From positions 12,772,001 through 12,836,000 of the forward strand of contig NW_027361728.1 in assembly GCF_039654945.1 (NCBI RefSeq): 64,000 nt of DNA, given 5' to 3'. The DNA is from Dendrobates tinctorius (taxonomy: Eukaryota). Below, in pieces: positions 27,682 to 43,624 of the stretch. The translations under genes were made by a program, and so were the position numbers. The notes under the pieces are model-generated. The model did not search any database and was not told the origin of the DNA. It worked only from the letters and a program-made list of their open reading frames with translations. Within the stretch, counting starts at the first letter, position 1. Each line of letters begins with the position of its first letter.

Positions 27682-30600
27682 TATATTAAGTGTGCTGTGG
27701 CAAGCACTGCTCATGTGGGGGTTTGGTGGGCCCACCCAGGAATTCACCTTTCTCTGTTGGCCAGTTCGAGCCTGAGTGTAGGTACATTTACTTTATGTAA
27801 GAGTTGTCACTTTGTCCAGAGGAGAGCGCCAAAAACTTTGATTCAAACCAAGGAGCCATTCGGAATTGTATTTTTATTTTAACTCGCCAAGAAAAAGGTA
27901 AAATTATAATTATTTTCTTCAACCTATTTCTTCCTGCATTTGTATGGTTCATAAAACTGAAAATTGAGAATTGATTTAGTGCGATTGCTTGTGGCTTTTG
28001 TCACAGTTGCAATGTTCCTTTCTGTTTTCTGAAGCTTTGGAAGATTACATCGGCACCTTCCATAACACTTAGAAACTGCCTGAGAAAAATGGTGTTCGTA
28101 AACACGCGCACTTTACAACGCATTTCTCAACGATGGTATATTTTGCCTTCAGAACATCAGTTATTTGCTCGTAATCTCCGATATGATAGCTGGATATAAC
28201 TTGTGTAAAAAGAGGCACATTATGTAAATAATTTAGAAAACTAAGCATAATTCAAAGCCATAAAGTAACACCGATGACAGAAAGGTTTCTCATGACACTT
28301 GGAATTATGGGGATGATTGGGCTTTATTCATTTTACTGCTAAAGTACAATACGCTAGTGTTGAACATAAAAGCCACTTATTTCTGATAAAACACTGTATG
28401 TTACCTTTTATTGCAATTTTCCCTTCATTTCTATAACGCAGGAATTTATCTAATGGTTTTTATACATCGGGTATAAATTATGTTCCTTCGCACTATAATA
28501 GCAAAATACCAGAACGGATATGCTTTCTATGGAACATAAATTAGTAGAATAGCTCTTTCTATCTCAGAGAAAAACAAAGGGATCCAAAGCTCTCCTCCTT
28601 GTTGGCTTTACCAAGGAAATACACTTTCTGCCAGATACATCACGACCAGCGTTGTTCACTGACGGTCTTTATAAGGAGGCGTGCTGGAGACAGAAGCTCC
28701 TGATTCACGAAGAGGCCTGAACCATGCCCCTGTTCCATCACGGCTCCGCCAACATTGTCAGAGCTTGCGAAAATGGTATGAGAACGCAAAAAAAGTGGGA
28801 GAATTTTCATTCAGCCACCAGTTATGAGATTTCACAAAGCTTTTTACACCAGAATACTGGTGTAAAAGCTTTGATGAATCGGGCCTGGGGTTCCTATATA
28901 TCCAGGCAAACCCCATTCCTAAGAGATTGTGCTTCTGGCATAACCATGCACTACGTCTTTTACTAAATGTTACAAGGTCACTGCAAAGCAAAATTGTAAG
29001 AGTGGGTTTATAGGGTTGTATGCTTGAGAGTGGAATATACAGCAGTCTCCTGAAATTGCTCACATCAATAAAAATTGGAGTTTCATTAGTGCAGAAATAC
29101 TGTAATACTAGTAAATGTCCTGCGAGTCTAATAATAAAATACAGTAATTTGCAGCCTGTCAATGGAACACAGGCCAATATTTTTGGCAGGCAGTATTATG
29201 GCGCAGCATGCACTGAAAAAGCTAAAAAAAAAAAAAAAAAAAAAAATAGGCAACATGGAAGCTACAGGAATCCTTTCCCACTGACCTGCAACCTGGTCAG
29301 AAATATTCTTTATGAGCAGAAATGAGAGAGAAACGATACCGCAGTATCTGATGGTAATATGCTGTGAATACAATCACCTGACTAGCAAGCATAAGTTTTC
29401 TAAATTGAGAAACTTCACAAAAAATAGGATTAAACTGGATTATTTAGGATGGAACTTGTTATATTTTGTCTCATATTGCAAATAAAACGGAAAAATATAC
29501 AGCAAATCATTTATACAGGCATCTATAAACAACTTATCCACAAGGGGGACCAAGTGTTGGACCTATTCCAATCTAATATTGACGGCCTAAGTTCAGGTCA
29601 TCAATAGTGTGATTATGGAAAATCCCTTCAATGATCCAGCAGAGCACTCAAACTACTTTGCCTCATTTTAAGAGAACTGTGCAGCTGATCATAGCCACAC
29701 AGTTCTAGCTCTCCTTAGCTGCCACTATCAGAAGCTGAACATTTCGCTTCCTGCCATTGATAAGGATAAACAGGGAATAATGAAATTATATCTTTAGTAA
29801 ATTGAACTTGAGGATCTAAAGTGACTAGTAAACTAGCCAAACAGCTGGCATTTTTATATGGCCAATTTCTGAACAACCTGTTGTTCCAAGGTTGGTCTCT
29901 GAAGGTTGTTAATTTGGATGATTGTGCCAAAAATGGCAATTCCTCGCCATGATCTTTGGATAGTCTGGGCTTCCAGGATATAGATCTGTTATTCAGCACA
30001 AACTATTTTTCAACTACAGCAACTAACGAAAAACCTAACATGGCAGATCAATTTTTGACAGATACTTGCATTTATTTGACATCTGTAGTTTAAACTAGTT
30101 TTTTTACACATTCATAGCCTCTATACTCTTTTCTCCTACAGTATACTCTCACACATACATCCCTAGCGTTCTTGTCACTACAGAAATCATAGCCTGAGCA
30201 GCCTGGGAGAATTTTTTTTCTTGATAATCCGAGCCAAATCATTTTCTTCTTAATCAGAATAATCATTTTCAATAGCTTTGACACAGGAAAAAAACAGCCA
30301 CTTCACTGAAGAGTAAGCGTTCTGTTTTGAAGCAGATGGAGAGACAATGCTCATCCCATTTGTACGTGAAGCTTAGGACATTCTGCTCTGGTGTCACTGT
30401 CGCCTCCAATGAGTGATCTGCTTAAATAAAGACCTGATAAACCAATATACAACACTGACACGAAAGGATTTAGCTTATTATATCAAGCATTATCCATGTA
30501 CAGAACCAGCTGTGTGTGCCTGATATGACACAGACAAATAAACATAATATTATACATGCGTGTGCTTCAATGTATTCATAGATCATGATAAGGTTAACTC

Positions 30601-31540
30601 TGTCCACAAGAGCTGGGAAGGGGAGAGAAGGTGATCCTTCAATTGGCAGCAACACAAATCTTTGCTGCCATAGCGCAGAATTGAAGTCAATGGGTTTTAT
30701 GGTTGGGGTCTGGAACTCAATTCATAACTCTTGGCAATAGTTCAAACTGTTTATTGAGTACGTTACTTATCACGTTGCGGAGAGGACTCCAGAGTTCTTT
30801 GAATGACGGGCTAGGTCCCCCATACAAGCCAAATGTCAACCACTGAATAACAAGCCCTGAAACGTCTGTCGGAGAAATGGAGGTATGTTCTATGGAGGAG
30901 TTTGGGGACATACAATATTCTTTGCAGTACTCTAATTGGAGTTTCCATTAAGGAAAATTGATGCCTACCCTTAAATATAACAAAGAAAAGGTTGCCATTG
31001 CTCTAGAAACATTACATAGCCAATATCACTTTGCCATTGTTTTGATATTACTAGTTTTGAGAGAATGGAGAGTAAAATAAAGAAATGACCCCCTTAGAAG
31101 ACCCCCAACAATTTAAATTGCAAAGCACTAGGTTTGCAATTGGTCTCGGTAGGGATTTAATAACGTGATACATTTGGGACAAATAAAAGGTTTCTTGATG
31201 AGGCAGAAAAATTTTCCCTGAAGGGTCTCAAGTGGTTAATTAGTGTAACCTGGGCAGAGATGATTTACCTGTAGAAGACATGTGGCTTTCCACCATAGGT
31301 ATGATCTAGGTCACAGTGAATGGTGACTACCCCATAATTATAAGGAATGTTAGTAGACAGCTTTAAAATTCAAAATGGAAAGAAAGGGACTATTGCCTAT
31401 AGGAGTCCACTAAAGGTATAAGGGACTATAATTACCAACACAAGCAAAGTCCAGGGAAGAGCTGTCTAAAAATCATTATTTAATAAAATTAAGGAGAAAG
31501 AGTGAAACCACCTTTGATTTTATGGAGTAACATTGTCTAA

Positions 31541-31876
31541 GGGTATGTGCACATGGTGCGGATTCTGCTGCGGATCCGCAGTGTTTCTGCAGCTGCGGGT
31601 CCGCAGCAGATTTAGGTGCGTTGTACAGTACCATTGTTTTCAATGGTAAACTGGAAAACACTGTGCACATGCTGCAGATTTTTCCGCGCGGTTTTGCTGC
31701 GGTTTACAATGTCAATTCTTTTGTGCAGAAACGCTGCGGTTTCACACCTCATCCATTATGAGGTGTGAAACCGCAGGCAAAACCGCAGATAAACCGCAGG
31801 ACTTTAGTCCTGCAGATTTATCTGCGGATTTTACTAGAAAATCTGCAGAGGCAAAAAACTCCGTGTGCTCATACCC
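31541..31876. mobile_element. Harbinger-type MITE
   Basis: TAA|GGGTATGTGCACA ... TGTGCTCATACCC|TAA. Confidence 0.88.
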
Positions 31877-31927
31877 TAAAAGAGCTTGTCCAGGTTTGGG
31901 ATTCAAGTCTGCAGTCACTCTTTAATA

Positions 31928-33308
31928 CAGAGGTGGGGACCCTCGGCCTGCAGGCAAATGTCCTTTTTTCTGGCCCCCAGGCAGATTCCTGAGAAACGCA
32001 ATGCTTGGGCCAGTGGTCGGCCCTTTAGCTGTTACTTGCACCAAACAGTACGCAGCATTCATTTAAGTGTGGTGCATGTAATAATGGATTACGTCCTCAC
32101 GCTGGCCAGCGTCATTGTGAGGACTCACTTTATGGGCGGAGTCAGCTCACATTTGCGCTCCTGTCCCATCAACAAAGACTGCAACGACAGGCCAGCAACT
32201 CCTGTGCTGTATATGCCCCATGTGTCCTGTACTGTATATGCCCCGTCCTCTGTGACGTATATGCCCCAGCGTGACACATATGTCCCAGCTTCTCGTCACA
32301 TACATGCTCCAGAGTCTTCTGGGATGTATGTTACAGCGCTAGAGTCTTTTGTGAGGTATGTACGTCAGCGTCTCGAGAGGTATAAGCGCCAGCTCCAGCG
32401 TCTCTTGTGAGGTATATGCGCCAGCTCCAGCGTCTCTTGTGAGGTATATGCGCCAACTCTAGCGCCTCTTGTGAGGTATATGCACCAGCTCTAGCGCCTC
32501 TTGTAAGGTATATGCGCCAGCTCTAGCGCCTCTTGTAAGGTATATGCGCAAGCGTCTCCTGTGAGGCATATGATCCAGGGTCTCCTGTGTGGTATGTAAT
32601 CCAGCATCTTCTGTGATGTATATGTCACAGCTCTTGTGAATCTTGTGAAGCATATGCGCCAGTGTCTCCTGTGAAGCATATGATCCAGCGTCTCTTGTGA
32701 GGCATATGATCCAGCATCTTCTGTGATGTATATGTCACAGCTCTGGTGAATCTTGTAAGGTATATGGCCAAGCTCTAGTGTCTCTTTATGCTCCAGCCCC
32801 AGCATTCCCTAAGTAATGTATGTGCTGCAGCCCCAGCATTTCCTATGTGATGTATGGACAGCAGTTTCTGTGTCTCACATGTGATACATACAGCAGTCTT
32901 GGTGTCTCTTATTTTATGTACAAGGCAGACCTCACACTGCTTGCGTCCAAAAAATGTAACATGAGCAGTGATGAATTTTCCACTGTGAAACGTTCTGCAG
33001 TATAATATACATCTGTGTTCTGAACATCTTAGTGCTGAGAATTCTTTTTAAAATTAATCGCAAAGAGTCTACTGCGCTCCAGACAGAAGCAAATCAGGAA
33101 CAACAGTTGCAAGTAGCAACGTCACTACCACCTAACATCACACATCGCACCAAAGAAAAGCAGCTCTAGCCATCACATTAGCAGTGAGTTCATTAAATGA
33201 CTTATCAAATATAGCAGGGTAAATTTCAAATTGATGATTTTGTATGGCCCCCCAAATGACGGTATCAATATCCAAATGGCCCCCGACAGAAAAAAGGTCC
33301 CCACCCTG
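31928..33308. mobile_element. hAT (Charlie-like) non-autonomous element with internal ~30-bp tandem repeats
   Basis: CAGAGGTGGGGACC ... GGTCCCCACCCTG with an imperfect 8-bp TSD CTTTAATA/CTCTAACA. Units like CTCTTGTGAGGTATATGCGCCAGCTCCAGCGT run from ~32200 to 32880. Confidence 0.7.
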
Positions 33309-33892
33309 CTCTAACATAAGAAGGGATAATTTTCTATTTCTTTTACTACAAGTATCAAAAATAATGTAATAAAATATTGATAAATCTATCTTGGGTATTT
33401 AAGAAATAAATGTCGCAATTTGAGCAAAAAGTTTGTCGTAAAACATGCCCCACTGTTACCATTATTTGAATTTACCCATCGCATGTAACACTTTTATTGC
33501 CATAAATACTTAAGGGAACTTTATAGGAGAAGATGGTTTACATTAATCCATTCCCATCAAAGGCAGTGTAGCCTTTAAGCAGAACATTTTTTTTCTTCTG
33601 TATTTATTATTGTGTTCCTGGAGCCATAACGCTTATATTCTTTCATTGACGTAGCTGGATGTAACAGGTTGTATTATAAAGCAGACCCGGACTCCAATGT
33701 AAGCCCCCCCCCCCCCATGCTTTGCACAGCAGGGTGCTTGCTGATGGGCTGAAAGAGGTTGCAATCTTCCTCTGTCAAACTTTTAACCAGTCATTGTCAC
33801 TATTGAATGGTTACAAGGCTTGGATTACAGCCAACTCCAGTTCCAAAAGCACATGCAGCAAAAGCTTAGTTGTGTATTACAGCAGACTTTTA

Positions 33893-34230
33893 GGGTCCCG
33901 TTTCACTTAGCGATGCACCAGCGATCCCGACAACGATGCGACCTGGTCAAGATCGCTAGTGCGTCGCTAAATGATCGCTAGTAAGCTGCCAAACAGGCAG
34001 ATCTCTTCAGCGACGCAGCAAGGATCAAGCGATCAAACACAGTGATGCGTGCTGGCCAGCGGGACGCCGACGACGAAAACATGGCCCAGGACATTCCTGC
34101 ACGATCAGCGATATCCAGCAGGGGGGGCCAGTCGCTGCTGCGTGTCACACATAGCGAGATCGCTGTTGCATCACAAAATCGTTGACGCATTAGCGATCTC
34201 CACGTCACTGTACGTCTCGATATGGTCACT
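33893..34230. mobile_element. Harbinger-type MITE remnant (CAGCGAT-rich family)
   Basis: Left end TTA|GGGTCCCGTTTCACTTAGCGA with repeated AGCGAT/ATCGCT motifs; right TIR not found. Confidence 0.55.
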
Positions 34231-34395
34231 AACAAGTCATCAGGACATCCTATAGTGTCAACAGTAGCATAGGAAGAAAATAAAATTCCTAAGATACAAA
34301 AGTGAAAATAAAAGGGAAACCCAACAATAAAACACTAATAAACCCTTTCCCAATACCAACATAATTCCCAGGCATAAAAGGATTAAAGCCAGTAC

Positions 34396-34528
34396 CTGTA
34401 CACAGGCTGCATTTCATGTGCGATTCCAATCACAGAGTTCTGTAAAAAGTTATCAAACTCTTCAAACAGGTCCCTGATGTTGGTCTGGAACTTCAAATCC
34501 AAGTCTAACTGAATGATGCGAGCTATAT
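34396..34528 (-). CDS. xxylt1: Internal coding exon (probably exon 3) of xyloside xylosyltransferase 1, GT8 family
   Basis: On the minus strand, tcttctccttatttatAG precedes a 133-nt exon followed by GTact. It translates as (x)IARIIQLDLDLKFQTNIRDLFEEFDNFLQNSVIGIAHEMQPVY(R). This matches my recollection of vertebrate XXYLT1 (IIQLDLDLKYKTNIRELFEEFD...IGIAREMQPVYR), including the DxD motif DLD. Entry is phase 1 and exit phase 2. The other exons lie outside the window. Confidence 0.95.
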
Positions 34529-34598
34529 CTATAAATAAGGAGAAGACAAGTTAGGTGTTAATACAAAAACTGCACAGATGGCCCCAAACATCATACAT

Positions 34599-34650
<52 letters not shown>

Positions 34651-34652
<2 letters not shown>

Positions 34653-34848
34653 AAAAAAAATAGGCAACACTCAAATTAAACGTGAAAACAGTGGATACTT
34701 TACTGATCCTCAGGTGGCAACGTTTCAACAGTGACCTGTCTTTGTCAAGCTTGACAAAGACGGGTCACCGTTGAAACGTTGCCACCTGAGGATCAGTAAA
34801 GTATCCACTGTTTTCACATTTAATTTGAGTGCTGCCTATTTTTTTTCC
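34651..34848. repeat. ~100-bp-arm inverted repeat with no spacer, probably an inverted Penelope pseudo-LTR pair
   Basis: Centred on TCAAG|CTTGA at 34749/34750. Each arm carries CTTGACAAAG-stem-loop-GAAACGTT. It follows a (TA)n tract. Confidence 0.8.
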
Positions 34849-34939
34849 TTTCGTTAATTTGGCTGTTTGGACACTGCTCAATAGGTTTTGCACCTACTAT
34901 ATTATTTTGGTAGTGCTGCCCTTTTTTCTTGATTTATAT

Positions 34940-37546
34940 ATAAATTTTATTTCTATAGCGCCGACATATTCCGCAGCACTTTACACTTCAGGGGGACTTG
35001 TACAGACAATAGACATTACAGCATAACAATAATCACATAGATCATAACAGATACCAAGAGGAATGAGGGCCCTGCTCGCAAGCTTACAATCTATGAGAAA
35101 AAAAGGGAGACACGAAAGGTGGGTGGTAACAGTTGCCCTGATTGTATGGACCAGTCATAATGTTAAGTGTGTAACAGTACAGACGTAGAGGGCTAATGGA
35201 TGCATAAAGCATGTGGGAAAATAATGTGGGGAACATGGTTAAGGTAAAAATTTTTGGCTGTGCCACATAGGGATAGATTAGGTTAATGTGTTGAGGCGGT
35301 AGGCCAGTCTGAATAAATACGTTTTCAGGGCACGCTTAAAATTGTGGGGATTGGGGACTAATCGTATTGACCTGGGAAGTGCATTCCAAAGAATTGGCGC
35401 AGCACATGTATAGTCTAGGAAACGGGAGTGGGAGGTTCTGATTGAGGATGCTAACCTCAGGTCATCAGCAGAACGGAGGGCGCGGGTAGGATGGTATACT
35501 GAAACAAGGGAGGAGATGTAGGGTGGTGCTGAGCCATGTAGAGCTTTGTGGGTGAGGGTAATTAGTTTGTACTGGATTCTGGAGTGGATGGGTAGCCAGT
35601 GTAATGACTGGCACAAGGTAGAGGCATCGGTGTAACGATTGGCGAGGAACATGATCCTGGCAGCAACATTCAAGACAGATTGGAGGAGGGAGAGTTTGGT
35701 ACGAGGGAGACCGATTAGAAGGGAGTTACAATAGTCGAGACGAGAATGAATAAGAGAAACAGTAAGAGTTTTTGCGGAGTCAAAAGTAAGAAAAGGTTGA
35801 ATTCTAGAAATGTTTTTGAGGTGGAGATAACAAGAGCAAGCCAGTGATCGTATGTGGGGGACAAAGGAAAGCTCGGAGTCAAGTATGACCCCAAGACAGC
35901 GGGCATGTTGCTAGGGAGTAATAGTGGAACCACACACAGAAATGGCAATGTCGGGTACAGGTACATTAGTAGCGGGAGGAAACACAAGGAGTTCAATCTT
36001 TGACAGGTTCAGTTTAAGATATAGTGAGGACATGATGTTAGACAGCGTTTAGACAATCGCCGGTGTTTTCTAGAAAGGCTGGCGTGATGTCAGGAAAAGA
36101 AGCATATAATTGGGTGTCATCAGCATAGAGATAGGACTGGAAACCAAATCTACTGATTGTTTGACCAATTGGGGCAGTATACAAAGAGAAGAGGAGGGAG
36201 CCTAGGACTGATCCTTGAGGACCCCCAACAGTAAGGGGAAGATGAGAGGAGGAGGAACCAGCAAAAGATACAGTAAAGGAGCGGTCAGAGAGACAGGAGG
36301 AGAACCAGGAGAGAACGGTGTCCTTGAGGCCAATGGAATGGAGCATAGTGAGGAGGAGCTGATGATCCACAGCGTCGAATGCTGCAGAGAGATCCAAGAG
36401 AATTAGCATGGAGTAATGACCATTTGATTTAGCTGTTAGTAGATCATTAGAGACTTTAGTGAGTGCAGTTTCAGTAGAGTGTAAAGAGCGGAAACCGGAT
36501 TGGAGAGGGTCGAGAAGAGAGTTATCAAAGAGATAGCGGATAAGACGGGAATGGACCAGCCATTCCAGGAGTTTAGAGATGAAGGGAAGATTAGAGACAG
36601 GTCTATAGTTAGCGGCACAGTTTTGGACGAGGGATGGTTTTTTAAGTTGTGGATGTATGACAGCATGCTTAAATGAGGAGGGAAAGATACCAGAAGAGAG
36701 AGAGAGGTTAAATATTTTAGTTAGGTGAGGGGTGACAGCAGGGGAAAGGGGCTGGAGTAGATGTGACGGAAATGGGTCACTGGTGCAAGTGGTTGGGCGA
36801 GAAGATGCAAGGAGCCTGCTTACTTCTTCTGTGACTGGTTCAAAATCAGAGAGTGAGCTAGATGCAGTGGGGGAGGGAGGACAGTGCATGGTATGAGGTG
36901 ATTGGGAGATAATTTCCTGTTGGATCTGGTCAATTTTTTCTTTGAAGTAATTGGCCAGATCGTCAGCTCGAAGCTCCATGGTTGGGGCCTGTACTCTTGG
37001 GTTGAGTAGAGAATGAAAAGTGTCAAAGAGACGTTTAGGTTATTGGACAGTGAAGTGATGAGGGTGTTAAATAGGATTGTTTTGAGAGGTGAAGGGCAGT
37101 GTTGTATGTTCGAAGCATAAACTTATAATGGATGAAATCTTCAGGTAGGTTGGATTTTCTCCACAGACGTTCGGCGCACCTGGAGCACCACTGCAGGAAA
37201 CGTGTTTGCAGGGTGTGCCAGGGTTGTCGCCGTCTGTGTTGTGGTGTTCTATGTATAGGAGGAGCAAATTCATCCAGGGCACTTTAAAGTGTTTCATTGT
37301 AATACTTCAATGCAGAATCGGACATGAGAGGGAGGAGATAGGGGCCAATGAAGACTGCAAGTTCTTCATAAGTTTCTGGGTGTTAATGGCCTGTATGTTT
37401 CTATAAATACGGACAGTGGGGTGACCTGAGCAGCCTGGCAGTTCTTGATAGAGAATGAAAGAAGATTGTGGTCAGAGAGCGGGAGAGGGGAGTTTGCGAA
37501 ATCATCCACTGCACAAAGCCGAGAGAAGACCAAGTCGAGGGAGTTT
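34940..37546 (-). mobile_element. 5'-truncated L2 LINE (end of APE domain, RT and 3' UTR), defective
   Basis: SLDLVFSRLC...LSDHNLL near 37540-37460. The RT ORF at 36038-36979 has [37 protein letters not shown] and YADDTQLY. The C-terminus reads LHWLPIHSRIQYK. Frameshifts lie between segments. Confidence 0.95.
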
Positions 37547-37559
37547 CATATTATATATA

Positions 37560-38730
37560 TCTAATATATAAAGCTCAAGTGTGTGTATGTATGTATGTAT
37601 GTATGTATGTATGTATGTATGTGTGTGTATGTCCGGGATTGGCATCCGCACCGTCGCAGCTACAGCCACAAAATTTGGCACAGTCACACGTCTGGACCCC
37701 AAGAGCGTCCTAAGCTATGTTGTGAGGTGAAATTTTAACCCCACGCGTTCCAATTCACCAAACAATTTTGCCCCTATCTACATAATGGGGAAAAAATGTG
37801 TGCGCATCAAGCCCCGCCCCTCATTATGTCATAATGCCCCTATCTACATAATGGTGAAACAGTGTGTGGGTATCAAGCCCCGCCCCTCATTATGATGTCA
37901 TAATGGTTGCCATGGCGACGCTGATGTCATCATAGGTTGCAAGCCCCGCCGCTCATTACGATGTCACAATGGTTGACTATGGGATGGAGGATGTGTGATG
38001 GGTATATGGGCACTAGACCATGGGATGGAGGATATGTATGACGGGTATATGGGCACAGGACAATGGGATGGAGGATGTATGACGGGTATATGGGCACGGG
38101 ACGGCGCATATGTATGATGGGTATATGGGCACTCGACTATGGGATGGCGAATATGTATGATGGGTATATGGTCATGGGACTATGGGATGGCGAATATGTA
38201 TGATGGGTATATGGGCATTGAACTATGGGATGGAGAATATGTATGATGGGTATATGGGCACTCGACTATGGGATGGAGAATATGTATGATGGGTATATGG
38301 GCACTCGACTATGGTATGGAGGATATGTATGACGGGTATATGGGCACGGGACTATGGGATGGCGGATATGTATGATGGGTATATGGGCATGGGACTATGA
38401 GATGAAGGATGTGTGATGGGTATATGGGCACTCGACTATGGGATGGCGAATATGTGTGATGGGTATATGGGCATGGGACTATGGGATGGGGAATATGTAT
38501 GATGTGTATATGGGCATGGGACTATGGGATGGAGAATATGAATGATTGGTATATGGGCACTCGACTATGGGATGGAGGATATTTATGGTGGGTATATGGG
38601 CACGGGCCTATGGGATGGTGGATATGTATGATGGGCATATGGGCACGGGACTATGGGATGGAGGATAATTATAATTTGTTATAACTAACCACAGTTAGTT
38701 ACTATGCCCGGGCAGCGCCGGGCTCTTCAG

Positions 38731-38734
<4 letters not shown>
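37560..38734 (+). mobile_element. Non-autonomous Helitron with internal ~40-bp minisatellite
   Basis: 5' end A|TCTAATATATAAAGC. The 3' hairpin GCCCGG-GCAGCG-CCGGGC (38706-38723) is followed by TCTTCAG-CTAA|T. No TSD. Repeat unit GACTATGGGATGGAGGATATGTATGATGGGTATATGGGCAC. Confidence 0.85.
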
Positions 38735-38768
<34 letters not shown>

Positions 38769-38937
38769 TTAGCTGAAGAGCCCGGCGCTGCCCGGGCATA
38801 GTAACTAACTGTGGTTAGTTATAACAAATTATAATTATCCTCCATCCCATAGTCCCGTGCCCATATGCCCATCATACATATCCACCATCCCATAGGCCCG
38901 TGCCCATATACCCACCATAAATATCCTCCATCCCATA

Positions 38938-39010
<73 letters not shown>

Positions 39011-40992
39011 TATATTACACAAGCTCTTAGGTCATTTTAATCCCTTACACAAAAACCCCAAACACGTATGTCATCTGCAGTATGTAGGTTATAGACTTTG
39101 TGATTACACAAGTTATATGGTGCCACTGAAAAATACAACTCATCCCACAAAATGCTAAAAGCTCAGGAGCAGAACTGGCCCCATCAGTAGAAGGTGCTAG
39201 CCAACCTGCTACAACAGATCCAGTTATGGCCATATAACTCTACAGACGTTGTGGACAATTGTGTCCGTGGCATCAAGACGGTTGTGAGAGGGAGGGGGCT
39301 ACCTATTTCACTCAACTGGTAGTTCTGTGATCTGATCGCTGGGTGCTGACAACTGTTGTGTTGACCCAAGGCCAACCAACTGCATCAGGCTTTGCCATAT
39401 ATAGTGGCCTGTAAACCCTGCCATAAGCAAAATATCATGGACCTCCTCAGTGTAAAACAGTAATACGACAAAGAGATTATTTTTCCTTTCTTACCAGTTC
39501 GGGTAACTATATTTTCAGTGGGGTTCAAGTACTGTTCTCATACCCGAACTTCCACTGGTCCGCCCATCCCTATTCCAGACCTCAATGGGTATTTCATTCA
39601 TGTCAGAACTGTGGTCATCAACCTTTTCCCTAAAAGGACAGTATCGCAGTGGGATGAAAGTGCACACAAATTGAGATGAACTAAATGAAACTCAGTGTTA
39701 AAGGGAACCGGTCACGCCCTTTATTGCTATTAAACTGCCCCCAATGTCTTGTTAGTGATACACATTCCATCACTAACATGTTTGTCTCAAGAAAAATGTC
39801 CCAGTATTTAGTGCAAAAATCGCTCTTTATACTTTGATGATTGCCCCACATACCTGCTGCTTCAGTCATAGGGGTGGGCAGCTCTAGCTTTTCAGTCACG
39901 GTCAATCAAATTTGCTTTGAAATTCTTCACTCCCATCGTATTTGCATTCCTTCCTGTCACTGCTCTCTACATTGCGCAATCTCCCAGCAGTGCACCAGTC
40001 GGGTACACCTCATAGCTGCCCAAAAGAACGCCCAGGACAGGCATTGCTCATCTTCAGTAACACACCAACATCAATTGATAGTTGGAATAAATAGACTGCA
40101 TTCACCACATCTTAAGGTGCAGGCTTTTTTTTCAAGTGTAGGGGTGTGCAGTATAAGGTTCTGCAGCAGCTGAGGTGTGCAGTATGAGATTCTGCGGAAC
40201 AGTATGAGGTTCTGCCCCCCTAGTTTTGATCCTGGCTAAAACCGTTTCTTATAGATATGGCGAACCCTCAGGTAACCCTAAATGAAGGTCAATGGACACA
40301 GGTGGCTGAATTGACGGAATTGCTTAATCACCTACTTACCGTGACTAAAAAATTACAAGCTGAGGATTTAACTCCTGGCATTTTCAAAAGGGAGTGGAAG
40401 AACTTGCTATTTTGCCTGTCCCAAAGAGGAGATTTAATCGCAGATGGCATTTCTGCTTCAATGAAATGGAGAGAGACACAGCTATTGGAAAATAAAATTC
40501 TTCTGGCAGCTGTTTATGTGGACCCAAGTCATCGTATATTGCTTGATGATCAACAGCTTACTAAAGGAAAAGCTCTGACTGAGGTAGCACTTAGGATGAG
40601 TGGCCTACAGGAGGACTGCCAGGCGCAAGAGGACTTGGGTCCTGACAGTGCTACTGCTGCCATACCTTCATCCTCATCAGATGAGGAGTTTGACTTTGAC
40701 AAGTATTTGGATGACATGGAGCAGGCAAAGCGTTGCTGCATGGAAAAAGATTTCACTCCGTCTCCTATAGCAAGCAGATTGACCATATTTCAGCAAAATG
40801 TTTCACTTGCTCTCAAAGAAATAGAAAAATTCAACTGTTCATCAAAACTGACTGTGCATGAGGCAATTCCATTATACTTGGAAATTGTTAGAGATGTTGC
40901 CCATGTGGTTACGGCTTTGCCTTCAACCCAAGTTAGTGTAGAGGTGTTGTTCTCTGGCCTTAAAATTATTAGGTGAGATTTTAGGTCATCTA

Positions 40993-43432
<2,440 letters not shown>

Positions 43433-43569
43433 TATGAAGGAGGATCTGATGGAGGCAATTCTATTTCTTAGAACAAATTTATAGACAGCACAAATGTTAT
43501 TTAGTATGTTTTTGTTGAAAACTGTTTTTTGCCACTTACATTGTTTATTACATAGTGATATATATATAT

Positions 43570-43624
<55 letters not shown>

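Noticed and set aside
28724-30911. Short ORFs and isolated splice-like signals suggesting a nested gene
   Set aside because: No consistent acceptor-ORF-donor chain and no recognisable protein similarity.
40257-40976. 239-aa ORF as a ZBED-like host gene
   Set aside because: It is only a transposase C-terminus, with a premature stop, a Tc1 insertion and a hAT TIR downstream.
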